Positions 22,260 through 31,243 of a stretch of DNA of 64,000 bases are shown piece by piece. The stretch comes from an uncultured Gammaproteobacteria bacterium (GTDB lineage Bacteria; Patescibacteriota; Patescibacteriia; 2-12-FULL-57-11): positions 18,476 through 82,475 of the forward strand of contig CAZYLV010000001.1 of NCBI GenBank assembly GCA_964648865.1, read 5' to 3'. Each line of letters opens with the position of its first letter. Positions within the stretch are counted from its first letter, which is position 1. The translations under genes and the position numbers were made by a program. The notes under the pieces were generated by a model. That model was not told where the DNA came from. It was given only the letters and a program-made list of their open reading frames with translations, and ran no database searches.

Positions 22260-24428
22260 ATGGCACGCGAAGGTTTCTCCCCCGCTCCGGAATCCGCCCG
22301 CAAGGCCTTCCCCAAACCGGAAGGCTACAAGCCGCCCAAGCGGGAGGCCGTGCCGCCGCCCATCCCGGAGGCGGCACGCCGGCCCAAACCGCCGTCCGAG
22401 AAACCGCCGCCGCCGCGCATCGACGTCACTGGCGCGACGTTCCTGGCACCCAAAGAGGTCTCATTGACCGGCATCGAGACGCCGGCACAGGCCACGGATC
22501 TAGTCGAGAAGCGGACGATGCCGGCGCGCGGCGAGAAGCTCAAGGCCCGCGAGGAGGAGAGGCAGCGCGAAGCCGCCGAACGCGGTCCGCAGTTCGAGGC
22601 CGGCACCAACGCCGCCAAGGAGAAGGGTGCCGCGGCCTTCGCCGACCCGGACAAGGGGACGTTCCTGTTCGTCGCCTCGGAGAAGGCCGGCCCGGCGACC
22701 GTCGGCGCTCTCGCTGAGCAGATGGCCGCGCCCATGGAAGCTGCAGCGGCCCGCGCCCAGCAGGAGGAGGCCGCGCTCTTGCTGACAGGTGCCGAGGAGG
22801 TCGCCCGCGGCCGCGCATCGACGGTCGATGGCGGTCTGCTGAAGGCTCAGAGCGTGGGAACGGAGGCCGCGATCCTCACCGAGAACGCCCACCTCGTGGC
22901 GCGCGGCGATAAGGCCACGACCATCGAAGTGCCACCATTCGTGGCCGGCACGGTCATCGACGAGGAGATCTCCCCCATCGAGTTCTACGGAGACGTAAAG
23001 GGTGCCCGCGAGCAGATCGGGGCGATCCTCGACGGGGAAGGCGGCGCCGCCGGCGCCGAGCGGCGCCTGGAGCAGGAAATCGCGGATGCCCAGGCCGCGC
23101 TCGATGCCAAATATGCCGAGATCACATCATGGATGGGCGGGCAGGACCCCTACGAGACGTTCCCCAGCCGCGACGATCTGCTCCAGGCGGTCGAAGACGG
23201 GAAGATGCTGCCGGAGGCGATGACCTACCTCGAACAGGTCTATCCTGCGCCCGAAGATACGGTCCGCACCAACCCTTCGCTGGTCGACATCCGCGACAGC
23301 GCCAAACGGACCCGCACGCAATACGAGTTCCCGCTCGGCATCGCCCGGACGCTCGAGAAGAAGATCGCCGACATGCGCCAGGCCCGACTCACCCAGAAGG
23401 GCGAGGACTTCGACGAGAGCTTCCGTGACCTGCTCGACGATCCGGACGTGACGGAGCTTGCGCCCGGCAGCCGCGTCCTGCTGCTCGAGAAGCTCCGTGA
23501 GCCGGTCGCGCTCACCCCGGAAACCGCGAAGGACATGGCCGCGCCGACACTCGACGACGCCGCCGAAGCGCGCGTCGAGGAGGAGGCCTTCGCGCTTTCC
23601 CGGGCTTTTGAAGAATACAAGAAAGCCAAACCGGAGGAGCAAGCCAAGGCGCTTGCGGTCATCAACGGCGTACTGGACGCGCCCGAGATGAAGCAGGTCA
23701 TGGACACGCCGGCGGAGCGCCTCGCGCTCTACCGGAAGGTCGCGGACGCCTATCCTGCGGGAGACCGCAGCATCGACATCCTGTTCCGACGCGACATCAA
23801 GGCTGTCCCCTCCGAACGGGCTCTTGCCGAGCGGCTCACGGAGCCGACGCTCTCCCAGGAGGAACGCGGCACGGTCGGCGACATCGTCTACGAGATGCGC
23901 CGGGACAAGGCCTTCGACGAAGGCGTGCTCAAGAAGGATCCGCGCTTCCAGCAGCTCTCGCGCGAGGGCAAATTCGCGCTGGTCAAGCGGCTGGAGAACG
24001 AGGACATCGCCTCCGAAAAACAGGCGGCGGAGCTGCTGCGCACCAAGAGCCTCGTGGTGCGCGGCCGGCCAGGCGACAAGCTGGCCATGCTCAAGGTCAA
24101 CCGCACCGGCGAGATCACCCGACTCGACGACAAGTTCGTGAAACGCGCGGAGCAGGACCAAGTCCAACTGGGCGGCGCCGAGCGGACCGTCGAGCAGCAG
24201 GCGGCCACCTCGCTCAGCGTACCGGTCGAGGCCGGCGACCAGATCATCGTCGTCCCAAAGGAATTCGTCGAATCGCGCTTCGGCGTCGAGGAGACCGAGG
24301 GCATGGGGCGTATCGAGCAGCTCATGGCGGAGATCAAGGGCGACCCCAACCGCAGCGCCAAGACCACCTCGCAGAAGCTCAAGGACCTCTCGGACCGTCC
24401 GCACCTGGCGCTCAAGATCCCGCTGTAA
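22260..24428 (+). CDS. Large hypothetical acidic protein of about 720 aa, with no TM helix and no enzymatic motif.
   Basis: ORF. The start is ambiguous: ATG at 22239 or 22260, or the TTG at 22230 used by the track. TGGCTACAAT lies at 22231-22240. Confidence 0.5.
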   Translation: MAREGFSPAPESARKAFPKPEGYKPPKREAVPPPIPEAARRPKPPSEKPPPPRIDVTGATFLAPKEVSLTGIETPAQATDLVEKRTMPARGEKLKAREEERQREAAERGPQFEAGTNAAKEKGAAAFADPDKGTFLFVASEKAGPATVGALAEQMAAPMEAAAARAQQEEAALLLTGAEEVARGRASTVDGGLLKAQSVGTEAAILTENAHLVARGDKATTIEVPPFVAGTVIDEEISPIEFYGDVKGAREQIGAILDGEGGAAGAERRLEQEIADAQAALDAKYAEITSWMGGQDPYETFPSRDDLLQAVEDGKMLPEAMTYLEQVYPAPEDTVRTNPSLVDIRDSAKRTRTQYEFPLGIARTLEKKIADMRQARLTQKGEDFDESFRDLLDDPDVTELAPGSRVLLLEKLREPVALTPETAKDMAAPTLDDAAEARVEEEAFALSRAFEEYKKAKPEEQAKALAVINGVLDAPEMKQVMDTPAERLALYRKVADAYPAGDRSIDILFRRDIKAVPSERALAERLTEPTLSQEERGTVGDIVYEMRRDKAFDEGVLKKDPRFQQLSREGKFALVKRLENEDIASEKQAAELLRTKSLVVRGRPGDKLAMLKVNRTGEITRLDDKFVKRAEQDQVQLGGAERTVEQQAATSLSVPVEAGDQIIVVPKEFVESRFGVEETEGMGRIEQLMAEIKGDPNRSAKTTSQKLKDLSDRPHLALKIPL

Positions 24429-24442
24429 AAAAGAGAGCGCTT

Positions 24443-24838
24443 CTAGGCGCTCTGCCGCATGACGTTCTCGAGATCCTTGGTCTCGGAGCCGTAGCTGACC
24501 CGCAGGGACACCACCTGCGGGTTTCCGCGCGCGTCCGTGGGGACGGGCTTCGCCGGACGGGCGATGGTCCGGACCGGGAACCCCGAGCGCTGCGTGTGCT
24601 CGACGATCTCGAGCGGGACTTCGGTGCCGTCCTCGAGCACCAGGCGAGGGTTGAGCCGGGCGAAGACGTCGTGGACGCCGATGCGGTCCTCGGCGTCGAC
24701 CGAGACCAGCAGGTCGCCTCCCCCATGGGCCATGATGCGTGCCTTCACCAGGCAGCGGTACAACCATCCCGGGTGGGCATCCATGCGGAACACCCGGGCG
24801 AGAGCATCGGAAAGACTCGACACGAGTGACCTCCACAT
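24443..24838 (-). CDS. Hypothetical protein (131 aa).
   Basis: ORF starting MWRSLVSS... The longer 162-aa track version is N-terminally low-complexity. Confidence 0.4.
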   Translation of the reverse strand: MWRSLVSSLSDALARVFRMDAHPGWLYRCLVKARIMAHGGGDLLVSVDAEDRIGVHDVFARLNPRLVLEDGTEVPLEIVEHTQRSGFPVRTIARPAKPVPTDARGNPQVVSLRVSYGSETKDLENVMRQSA

Positions 24839-24991
24839 GTGGAAGCATGGTAACGCGACGGTGAGGGAAAGGGAAAGGGCGGAAGGTGCGGCCGGCGGCC
24901 GCCCCCGTCCGCGGCGCGGACCGCACACCATAGCCGTCTTCCCCCCAATCCGTCAAGGGTCGGGAGAACCGGGAGCGCGACGTCCGGAGCC

Positions 24992-25001
24992 GTTGTACAG
25001 C
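24992..25001. promoter_or_regulatory. Operator-like near-palindrome GTTGTACAGC followed by an ATTGACG (-35-like) box.
   Basis: Seen in the sequence. Second copy at 25060. Confidence 0.4.
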
Positions 25002-25059
25002 GGCGATTGACGGCGCTTTCCTGCGGTTCCTCACCTCTCGGGCGTCTCCGTCAGCCGAC

Positions 25060-25069
25060 GCTGTACAGC
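25060..25069. promoter_or_regulatory. Operator-like perfect palindrome GCTGTACAGC followed by an ATTGACG (-35-like) box, upstream of the gene at 25121.
   Basis: Seen in the sequence. Confidence 0.4.
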
Positions 25070-25120
25070 CGTCCATTGACGCGCCGCGTCGTGCATGGTG
25101 TCGTGCGGACGGAGGCGACC

Positions 25121-25522
25121 ATGCACCATGTTCCTGCCGAGCTCTGGGTGCTCCTGGTGAGCGCCACGGAGGACGGACTGTTCATCCACTGCCTGCCGAA
25201 CAGGGACGGCCGCGTCCCGGACGGCATGGAGACGCTCCGCTGGAGCGTCGAGACGGCCAACGGCGGAGCGCAGCTGCGGGTCCTCAAGACCGAGCGCTTC
25301 AGCGGCGACCTCACCGTCGGGCTGACGTGCGTCGGGCGTCGCGCCCGGGACCGCGCCCTGCTCACGGCCACGCGACGCTTCGCGGAGGGGGTCCCCTTCG
25401 CCATCGATGCCGTCCGCATCGAGATCGACGAGCACGCCCTGCGCTTCGCCGCGACGCCGGGCTGGACCCGCGCCGGCAGCCGCCGCTACGAGAAGGCCGA
25501 CGCCGGAGAACGCGCTGCCTGA
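25121..25522 (+). CDS. Hypothetical protein (133 aa).
   Basis: ORF starting MHHVPAELWVLL. Confidence 0.4.
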   Translation: MHHVPAELWVLLVSATEDGLFIHCLPNRDGRVPDGMETLRWSVETANGGAQLRVLKTERFSGDLTVGLTCVGRRARDRALLTATRRFAEGVPFAIDAVRIEIDEHALRFAATPGWTRAGSRRYEKADAGERAA

Positions 25523-25535
25523 CCGCAGCGCTTTT

Positions 25536-26843
25536 TTATTCTGCGGCGGATGCCCGCAACGTCTCGATGAGCCCCTGCGCCGCCTGACGCGACGCGCGTT
25601 CGGTCGAGACGGCGCGTTGCAGGCGATCCACCACGTCCGCCCAGTCCGCCTTCTTCTCCTTCGGGGCACGCGCCATCCTCTCCACGGCCAACTCGAGCAT
25701 GCCGTCGAAGACGCGCTCCGCATCATCCGCGGCCTGGATGCGCAACATGGCGTAGTCGAGCCCGGTGACGTCGGCGTTCTTCGCCGCCAGCCCGTCGTAG
25801 TGGGCCTTCACCGCGTCGCTGATGATCTGGCTGAACTCGTGGAGGTCCTTGCTGGCGAGCGCTGCATCCTCCCAGTCGGCGGCGGTGATGGCCCGCTCGG
25901 CGCGGACCGTCCGCCCCTCCATGGTCCCGACGGCGGACTCGAGACCCGCCACGGAGCGCTCCGCGGTCGGCTGATCGATTTCCACCATCCCGATGCCGCT
26001 GAAGATGTCCTCGACGTCCTCGACGACGGTGTCGAGCGAGGCGGTCCTCAGCATCGCCGTCTCCGCCTCCAGCTCCTCGGCCGGCGGGTACTCCGAGACC
26101 GCGCGCGCGGCGCGGGGAGCCTCGATCTCCTCCGTGATCCGCTCCGCGGCCAGGTCGATGCGCTCGGCCTGCTTCCTGCCGGCGATCGTCATGATGCGTT
26201 GTTCATGCGCGATGTCGCCGTCGAGCCGCCCGATGAGCTCGCCGCAACGCTCGATGATCTGCTGCTGGTCGGACCGCAGCAGGAGGCCGACGACGGCGCC
26301 GCGCATCTCCTGGAAGGAGCAGATGGCGTCCCGTGCCGCGCGGATGCGCATGCCGAGCTCCACGCCTTCATTGAAGGCCTTGCGGCCCTCGACGGCCTGG
26401 GCGAGGTTCAGCGAACGCAAGGTGTCCGTGGCCTGGGCGAGCCGGTGGAGCTCCTCAGCCTCGGCGCGCAGCGCGGCGAAGCGCTTGGCGTCGATGGCCG
26501 CTTCCTCGCGCAGGCGGTCGGACGCGGCCAGGGCCTCGATGTCCTTTTCGGCCTCGCGCATGGCGTCGGTACGGGACTCGACGAAGGCCAGCATGCCGTC
26601 CACGGCCTTCTCGAGCGTCGCCATCTCCTCTTTGGAGAGCGCGGGCTTCTCACGGAGCTCCTGCAGCTTCATGACGTCGGCGATGGCCTCGCGGACGTCC
26701 TCGGAGGGCGCCATCATCTCGGCGAGGAGCTCTTGCGTCTCGGTACGCGCCTTGCGCCGCTCGAGCGGGACAGGGGCGGCCTTCTCGGCGTCCTTGCCGA
26801 GTTCGAATTCGACGTCTTGGGGGCGGATGCGACGCTCGGGCAT
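25536..26843 (-). CDS. Hypothetical coiled-coil protein (435 aa).
   Basis: Long E/R/A-rich helical ORF with an ATG start. Confidence 0.5.
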   Translation of the reverse strand: MPERRIRPQDVEFELGKDAEKAAPVPLERRKARTETQELLAEMMAPSEDVREAIADVMKLQELREKPALSKEEMATLEKAVDGMLAFVESRTDAMREAEKDIEALAASDRLREEAAIDAKRFAALRAEAEELHRLAQATDTLRSLNLAQAVEGRKAFNEGVELGMRIRAARDAICSFQEMRGAVVGLLLRSDQQQIIERCGELIGRLDGDIAHEQRIMTIAGRKQAERIDLAAERITEEIEAPRAARAVSEYPPAEELEAETAMLRTASLDTVVEDVEDIFSGIGMVEIDQPTAERSVAGLESAVGTMEGRTVRAERAITAADWEDAALASKDLHEFSQIISDAVKAHYDGLAAKNADVTGLDYAMLRIQAADDAERVFDGMLELAVERMARAPKEKKADWADVVDRLQRAVSTERASRQAAQGLIETLRASAAE

Positions 26844-26930
26844 AGGTGGGGGTTATGCTCGCCTCCAGTATACCCTTGACGGGTGCCCCGGAAAAGCGTA
26901 TGGTGAGGCGTCCCAAAGGAGGGGCAACCG

Positions 26931-27371
26931 ATGGCTGGGACGACCAAGGCACGGACGCCGTGCCGACCTGAGTTCATCCTGCAGCTGCAGTTCGAGGAGC
27001 ATGAGGGCACGCTGGAGCGCGCGCTGCTCCTCTACCCGCGGGCCCGCGCCGACGGCGCGCTGCCGTCGGAAGCGGACTTCGCCGGGCTCCGAGTGGCCTA
27101 CGAGAGCGCGGGGCGCTCGCGCAGGCGCCGCCTGGTCCCCTACCGCGTCACGGCTGCGCACCCGCTGCTCCCCCGCTCGATGGGCAAGCGGCAGGGACGC
27201 ATGCTCTGGCTCGAACCGGCCAGCGTGCTGGCCGGGGAGGTCGAGGCGCTCGCGCGGCAGCGGGACGCCGAGGGCCGGGCGATCTCGTCCATCCACCTGC
27301 GCTGGCCAGACGGCCACGAGGAGCGGTACGACCGCGTCCTCGACGACGGGCTCTGGTTCTTCCGGTCCTGA
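26931..27371 (+). CDS. Hypothetical protein (146 aa).
   Basis: SD AAAGGAGGGG before the ATG, and GCGTATGGT as a -10-like element. Confidence 0.45.
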   Translation: MAGTTKARTPCRPEFILQLQFEEHEGTLERALLLYPRARADGALPSEADFAGLRVAYESAGRSRRRRLVPYRVTAAHPLLPRSMGKRQGRMLWLEPASVLAGEVEALARQRDAEGRAISSIHLRWPDGHEERYDRVLDDGLWFFRS

Positions 27372-27432
27372 CCACAGGGCCGTTCTTCTTTTTTTATGCT
27401 ATAGTGATGGGGATTTCCACAAACGTTAGCCT

Positions 27433-29313
27433 ATGCCCGAAGGCGCCCGCCGCATCGAGAGCGACTACGAGAAACTTGGGGTCGAGCCCGAGGAACTCGA
27501 GGATTACATCGGCAATGCCGTGGTCCGCGTCTCCGAGCTCCAGGCCGAGAAGGCACAGCTCGAGGGCGAGGGCGCGCCCAAAAAGGAGATCGCCGAAAAG
27601 AACCGCGAAATCCGCACGCTGCAGAAGCTCATCCGCGACAACGAGAACGCCTTCCGCAGGGCGGACGAGCGCCGGAAGGAGACGACGGCCAAAGCCAAGC
27701 AGGACCAGCTCATCTCCCGGACGAAGGCCGCAGTGGCCCGGGCCAAGGTCGGACGCATCGCCAAAAAGGAAGCGCCCGCCGAGCCGGAAGAGCGGACCGA
27801 CGAGGAGATGGCCAAGCAGGCCGAGCTCATCGAGCGCACCAAGGCGGCGGTCAAGACCAAGACGCTCATCGAACGGACCAAGGCGGCCGTAGCCCGTAAG
27901 GAGAAGGCCGACAAGGAAGCCCGCGACATGGACGAGGCCGAGCGCGCCGCCGCGGAGTTCCGCGCGCGGCTCGAGGCGCGCAAGCAGGCGCGCGAGGCCA
28001 CCGAGAAGGAGCTGATGAACCAGCTCGTCGCCGCCATGGAGGCCGGGCCGGTCACGGAGAGCAAAGAAGAACGGCCGTTCCGCGAGCAGGCCGAGGTGAA
28101 CGGCATCCAATTCTCGGTCGGCTGGGCGGAGCCGGACAAGCGGTACGAGGCGTACTTCCCCCAAATCGACTTCATGTCCCGTACGGCGAGGCAGTACGGC
28201 ATCCACGATCAGGTCTTCATCCTGGATGCCGAGACGCCGGCAGAAGCGCGCGCGGCGTTCCAGAAGATCAAGGACGCCATCAAGGACGAGTCGGACCCGT
28301 ACCGCGCCTACGCCAAGGCCGAGGCCGCCGTGTACGGCGAGAAGTTCGAGGAACCGGCACCGGAAAACCTGCCTGTGGACGAGGAAGAGACCTACGAGCG
28401 GAACGTCTCCGACGCGGACGTCTCCGCCCGAGTCCGCATCTGGGCCGGGCTAAACAAAAAGGGGCGCGAGGGGATGGAGGCAATGCTCTCGGACGCTGCA
28501 TACGGCCCCAAATATATCAAGGAACGCACTCGGGCGTTCCTCGCCCAAGAGTACCCTGGCTGGGACCGCGGGGATTTCCAAGAACTGCTCGAACAGATCG
28601 CCCTCGAGCGTGACCGGCTGGAGACGGAGAAGGCGCGCAGCAAACGGTTCAAGGAAGAAGCCACCGAGCTGGCGACCGAGCGGCTCGTCGAAAAGCCGAC
28701 CGCGCGCATCGACGCCCTGCGCGAGAAAATCCGCAAGCTCAAGGAGGAGGCCAAGACGGAGCGCGAGCGCCTCGGCACCATGACCGGCGACACCGAGGCC
28801 GAGGAGCGGTTCTTCGAGCAAGGGTCCAAACCGGAGGAGCTCGCCCGCCGCGAGCGCGCCAAGGACCTGTATCCCGAGGAGACGCCGGATGAGGCCGTCG
28901 CGCAGATGGAGAAGATCGAGGCCCAAAGCGCCCGCGACTTCGAGAACGAGCAGGACTTCGCCACGGCCTTTACTGACGCGGTCAGGAACGATCCCGCGCG
29001 GCGCCTCAACCCGGACGTCGCCAAGGAGTACGCCGCGCAATACTGGAAGCTCCTCCAGAAGGACAACCGGCGCCTGGCCGAAGCCATGAAGCCCCAGCCC
29101 AAGGTCGGCTTCTTCCGCCGCATCTTCGGCGGCGCGCCCAAGCCCAAGCAGGTGATGACGCCCCAGGAGATCGTCCAGTTCCAGAAGATGGACAAGATGG
29201 TCCGCGAGATCATGGAGAAGCCGTCGACCTCGCTGCGCTCCGTCCGCGTCGGCGCCCGGTCCGCGTCGCGCGGCCCCGGCGCGCCCACGACCATGGGTCG
29301 GCCGCCCCGTTGA
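27433..29313 (+). CDS. Hypothetical coiled-coil protein (626 aa).
   Basis: Long E/K/R/A-rich ORF. TGcTATAGT extended -10 upstream. Confidence 0.5.
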   Translation: MPEGARRIESDYEKLGVEPEELEDYIGNAVVRVSELQAEKAQLEGEGAPKKEIAEKNREIRTLQKLIRDNENAFRRADERRKETTAKAKQDQLISRTKAAVARAKVGRIAKKEAPAEPEERTDEEMAKQAELIERTKAAVKTKTLIERTKAAVARKEKADKEARDMDEAERAAAEFRARLEARKQAREATEKELMNQLVAAMEAGPVTESKEERPFREQAEVNGIQFSVGWAEPDKRYEAYFPQIDFMSRTARQYGIHDQVFILDAETPAEARAAFQKIKDAIKDESDPYRAYAKAEAAVYGEKFEEPAPENLPVDEEETYERNVSDADVSARVRIWAGLNKKGREGMEAMLSDAAYGPKYIKERTRAFLAQEYPGWDRGDFQELLEQIALERDRLETEKARSKRFKEEATELATERLVEKPTARIDALREKIRKLKEEAKTERERLGTMTGDTEAEERFFEQGSKPEELARRERAKDLYPEETPDEAVAQMEKIEAQSARDFENEQDFATAFTDAVRNDPARRLNPDVAKEYAAQYWKLLQKDNRRLAEAMKPQPKVGFFRRIFGGAPKPKQVMTPQEIVQFQKMDKMVREIMEKPSTSLRSVRVGARSASRGPGAPTTMGRPPR

Positions 29314-29323
29314 TACGGTGCAG

Positions 29324-29351
29324 AAAACCCCCGGCACCTGCCGGGGGTTTT
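29324..29351. terminator. Bidirectional terminator between convergent genes.
   Basis: AAAACCCCCGG-cacctg-CCGGGGGTTTT. Confidence 0.55.
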
Positions 29352-29359
29352 CTGTCCGT

Positions 29360-31207
29360 CTACGAGACGTGGCCGGCGATCTCCTTTTGGACCTTCTTCA
29401 CGAACGCGCCGAGCATCATGGTCTTCTGCGCCTGCTCGCCGCGTTTGCGGACCGTGACCTTCTTGAGGGCCTTCTCCTTGTCCCCCACCACCAGCATGTA
29501 CGGGACTTTGGCCTTCTCGGCCTTGCGGATCTTGTAGCCGACGCTCTCGTTGGCGTCGTCGTCCTCCGCGCGGATGCCGGCCTCCGCGAGCATCTTGGCG
29601 AGCTTGGCCGCTGCCTTGAGGTGCCCCTTGCCGACAGGGATGACGGCGACCTGCACCGGCGCGAGCCAGGTCGGGAAGGCGCCGGCGTAGTGCTCGATGA
29701 GGATGCCGAGGAAGCGCTCCACCGAACCCAAGATGGCGCGATGCACCATGACCGGGCGCTTCTTGGTGCCGTCGGCCGCCGTGTACTCGAGCCCGAAGCG
29801 CTCCGGCTGGTTGAAGTCGAGCTGGATGGTGGCCAGCTGCCACGTGCGGCCGATGGCGTCTGTGGCGATGAAGTCGAGCTTGGGGCCGTAGAAGGCGGCG
29901 TCCCCTTCGCCGATGTCGTAGTCGACCTTGTTCTTCTTGAGGACGTCCTTGAGCGTCCCTTCCGCCATCGTCCACACCTCATCCCCACCCAGGTACTTCT
30001 CCGGCTTCTGCGGGTCGCGCACCGACAGCTGGACGCGCAACGGCATCTTGAAGACCTTGTAGAAACTCTTGATCACCCGGTAGACGTTCTGGATCTCCTT
30101 CTCGGCCTGCTCCGGCGTGCAGAAGAAGTGCGCATCGTCCTGGGTGATGGCGCGTACGCGCGTGAGGCCGGCGAGCTGGCCGGTGTTCTCGTCGCGGTAG
30201 ACGGTGGTGTTCTCGGCGTAGCGGATGGGCAGGTCGCGGTAGCTGCGCGGCCGGCTGGCGTAGATCTGGGTGTGATGCGGGCAGTTCATCGGTTTGAGCA
30301 CGAACCGCTCGTCGGACTTCTTGGAGGAGACATGGAACAGGTCGTCCTCGAACTTGTCCCAGTGACCGGAGGTCCGGTAGAGGTCGGCCTTGGTGATGTG
30401 CGGGATCCAGACCCGCTTGTAGCCGTACTTGGTCTGCAGCGAGGCCACGAATTCCTCGAGCGCGCGCCGCAGCATGGTGCCGCGCGGGGTGAAGAGCGGC
30501 AGCCCCGAGCCGACGAGCGGCGAATAGACGAAGAGATCGAGCTCGGCGCCCAGCTTGCGATGGTCGCGCTTCTCGGCTTCTTCCAGCATCTTCCGGTGCG
30601 CGTCGAGCTCCTCCTGGGTGGCGAAGGCCAGCCCGTAGATGCGGGTCAGCTGCGGGTTCTTCTCGTCCCCGCGCCAGTAGGCCCCGGCGACCTTGGTGAG
30701 CGAAAAGGCGCCGAGGTCGCGCGTCGTAGCCACGTGCGGGCCGCGGCAGAGGTCGACGAACTTCCCGGTGCGGTAGACGGACGCCACGTCCGGCCGGGCC
30801 GCATCCACATCCTGCGCTTCCTCGGCCTTGATCTTGGTGGTCCCCTTCTCCTTGAGGTCGGTGAGGAGCTCCACCTTGTAGGGCTGGCCCATCTCGGTGA
30901 AGAAGGCGATGGCCTGGTCGAGCGGCATCTCCTCGCGCGCGTAGGCCTCGCCGCGCTCGGCGATCTTGCGCATGCGCTTCTCGATCCTCGGGAGATCGCC
31001 CGCCGTGATCGGCTGCGGCGTCTGCAGGTCGTAGAAAAAGCCGTGCTCGACCACCGGCCCGACGCCGAGCTTGGTGCCCGGATACAGCTCCATGACCGCG
31101 GCGGCCAGGAGGTGCGCCGTGGAATGACGGACGGTGTCGATGGGGAAGGCCTGTTTCTCGTGGGGCATAACGGCATCAATCTTGCCGGTTCTCATGGCAA
31201 AAAGCAA
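29360..31207 (-). CDS. thrS: Threonine--tRNA ligase lacking the N-terminal TGS domain.
   Basis: Editing-domain HSTAHLL motif and class II catalytic motifs. Alternative start MPHEK at 31168. Confidence 0.9.
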   Translation of the reverse strand: MLFAMRTGKIDAVMPHEKQAFPIDTVRHSTAHLLAAAVMELYPGTKLGVGPVVEHGFFYDLQTPQPITAGDLPRIEKRMRKIAERGEAYAREEMPLDQAIAFFTEMGQPYKVELLTDLKEKGTTKIKAEEAQDVDAARPDVASVYRTGKFVDLCRGPHVATTRDLGAFSLTKVAGAYWRGDEKNPQLTRIYGLAFATQEELDAHRKMLEEAEKRDHRKLGAELDLFVYSPLVGSGLPLFTPRGTMLRRALEEFVASLQTKYGYKRVWIPHITKADLYRTSGHWDKFEDDLFHVSSKKSDERFVLKPMNCPHHTQIYASRPRSYRDLPIRYAENTTVYRDENTGQLAGLTRVRAITQDDAHFFCTPEQAEKEIQNVYRVIKSFYKVFKMPLRVQLSVRDPQKPEKYLGGDEVWTMAEGTLKDVLKKNKVDYDIGEGDAAFYGPKLDFIATDAIGRTWQLATIQLDFNQPERFGLEYTAADGTKKRPVMVHRAILGSVERFLGILIEHYAGAFPTWLAPVQVAVIPVGKGHLKAAAKLAKMLAEAGIRAEDDDANESVGYKIRKAEKAKVPYMLVVGDKEKALKKVTVRKRGEQAQKTMMLGAFVKKVQKEIAGHVS

Positions 31208-31243
31208 AGGGGCGGACGCATGGGTCCGCCCCGACGCTCGTCC

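Noticed and set aside
19372-22467. 1031-aa ORF spanning gatB, an intergenic region and the antisense of miaA.
   Set aside because: A frame artefact. It overlaps two confidently identified genes and has low-complexity composition.
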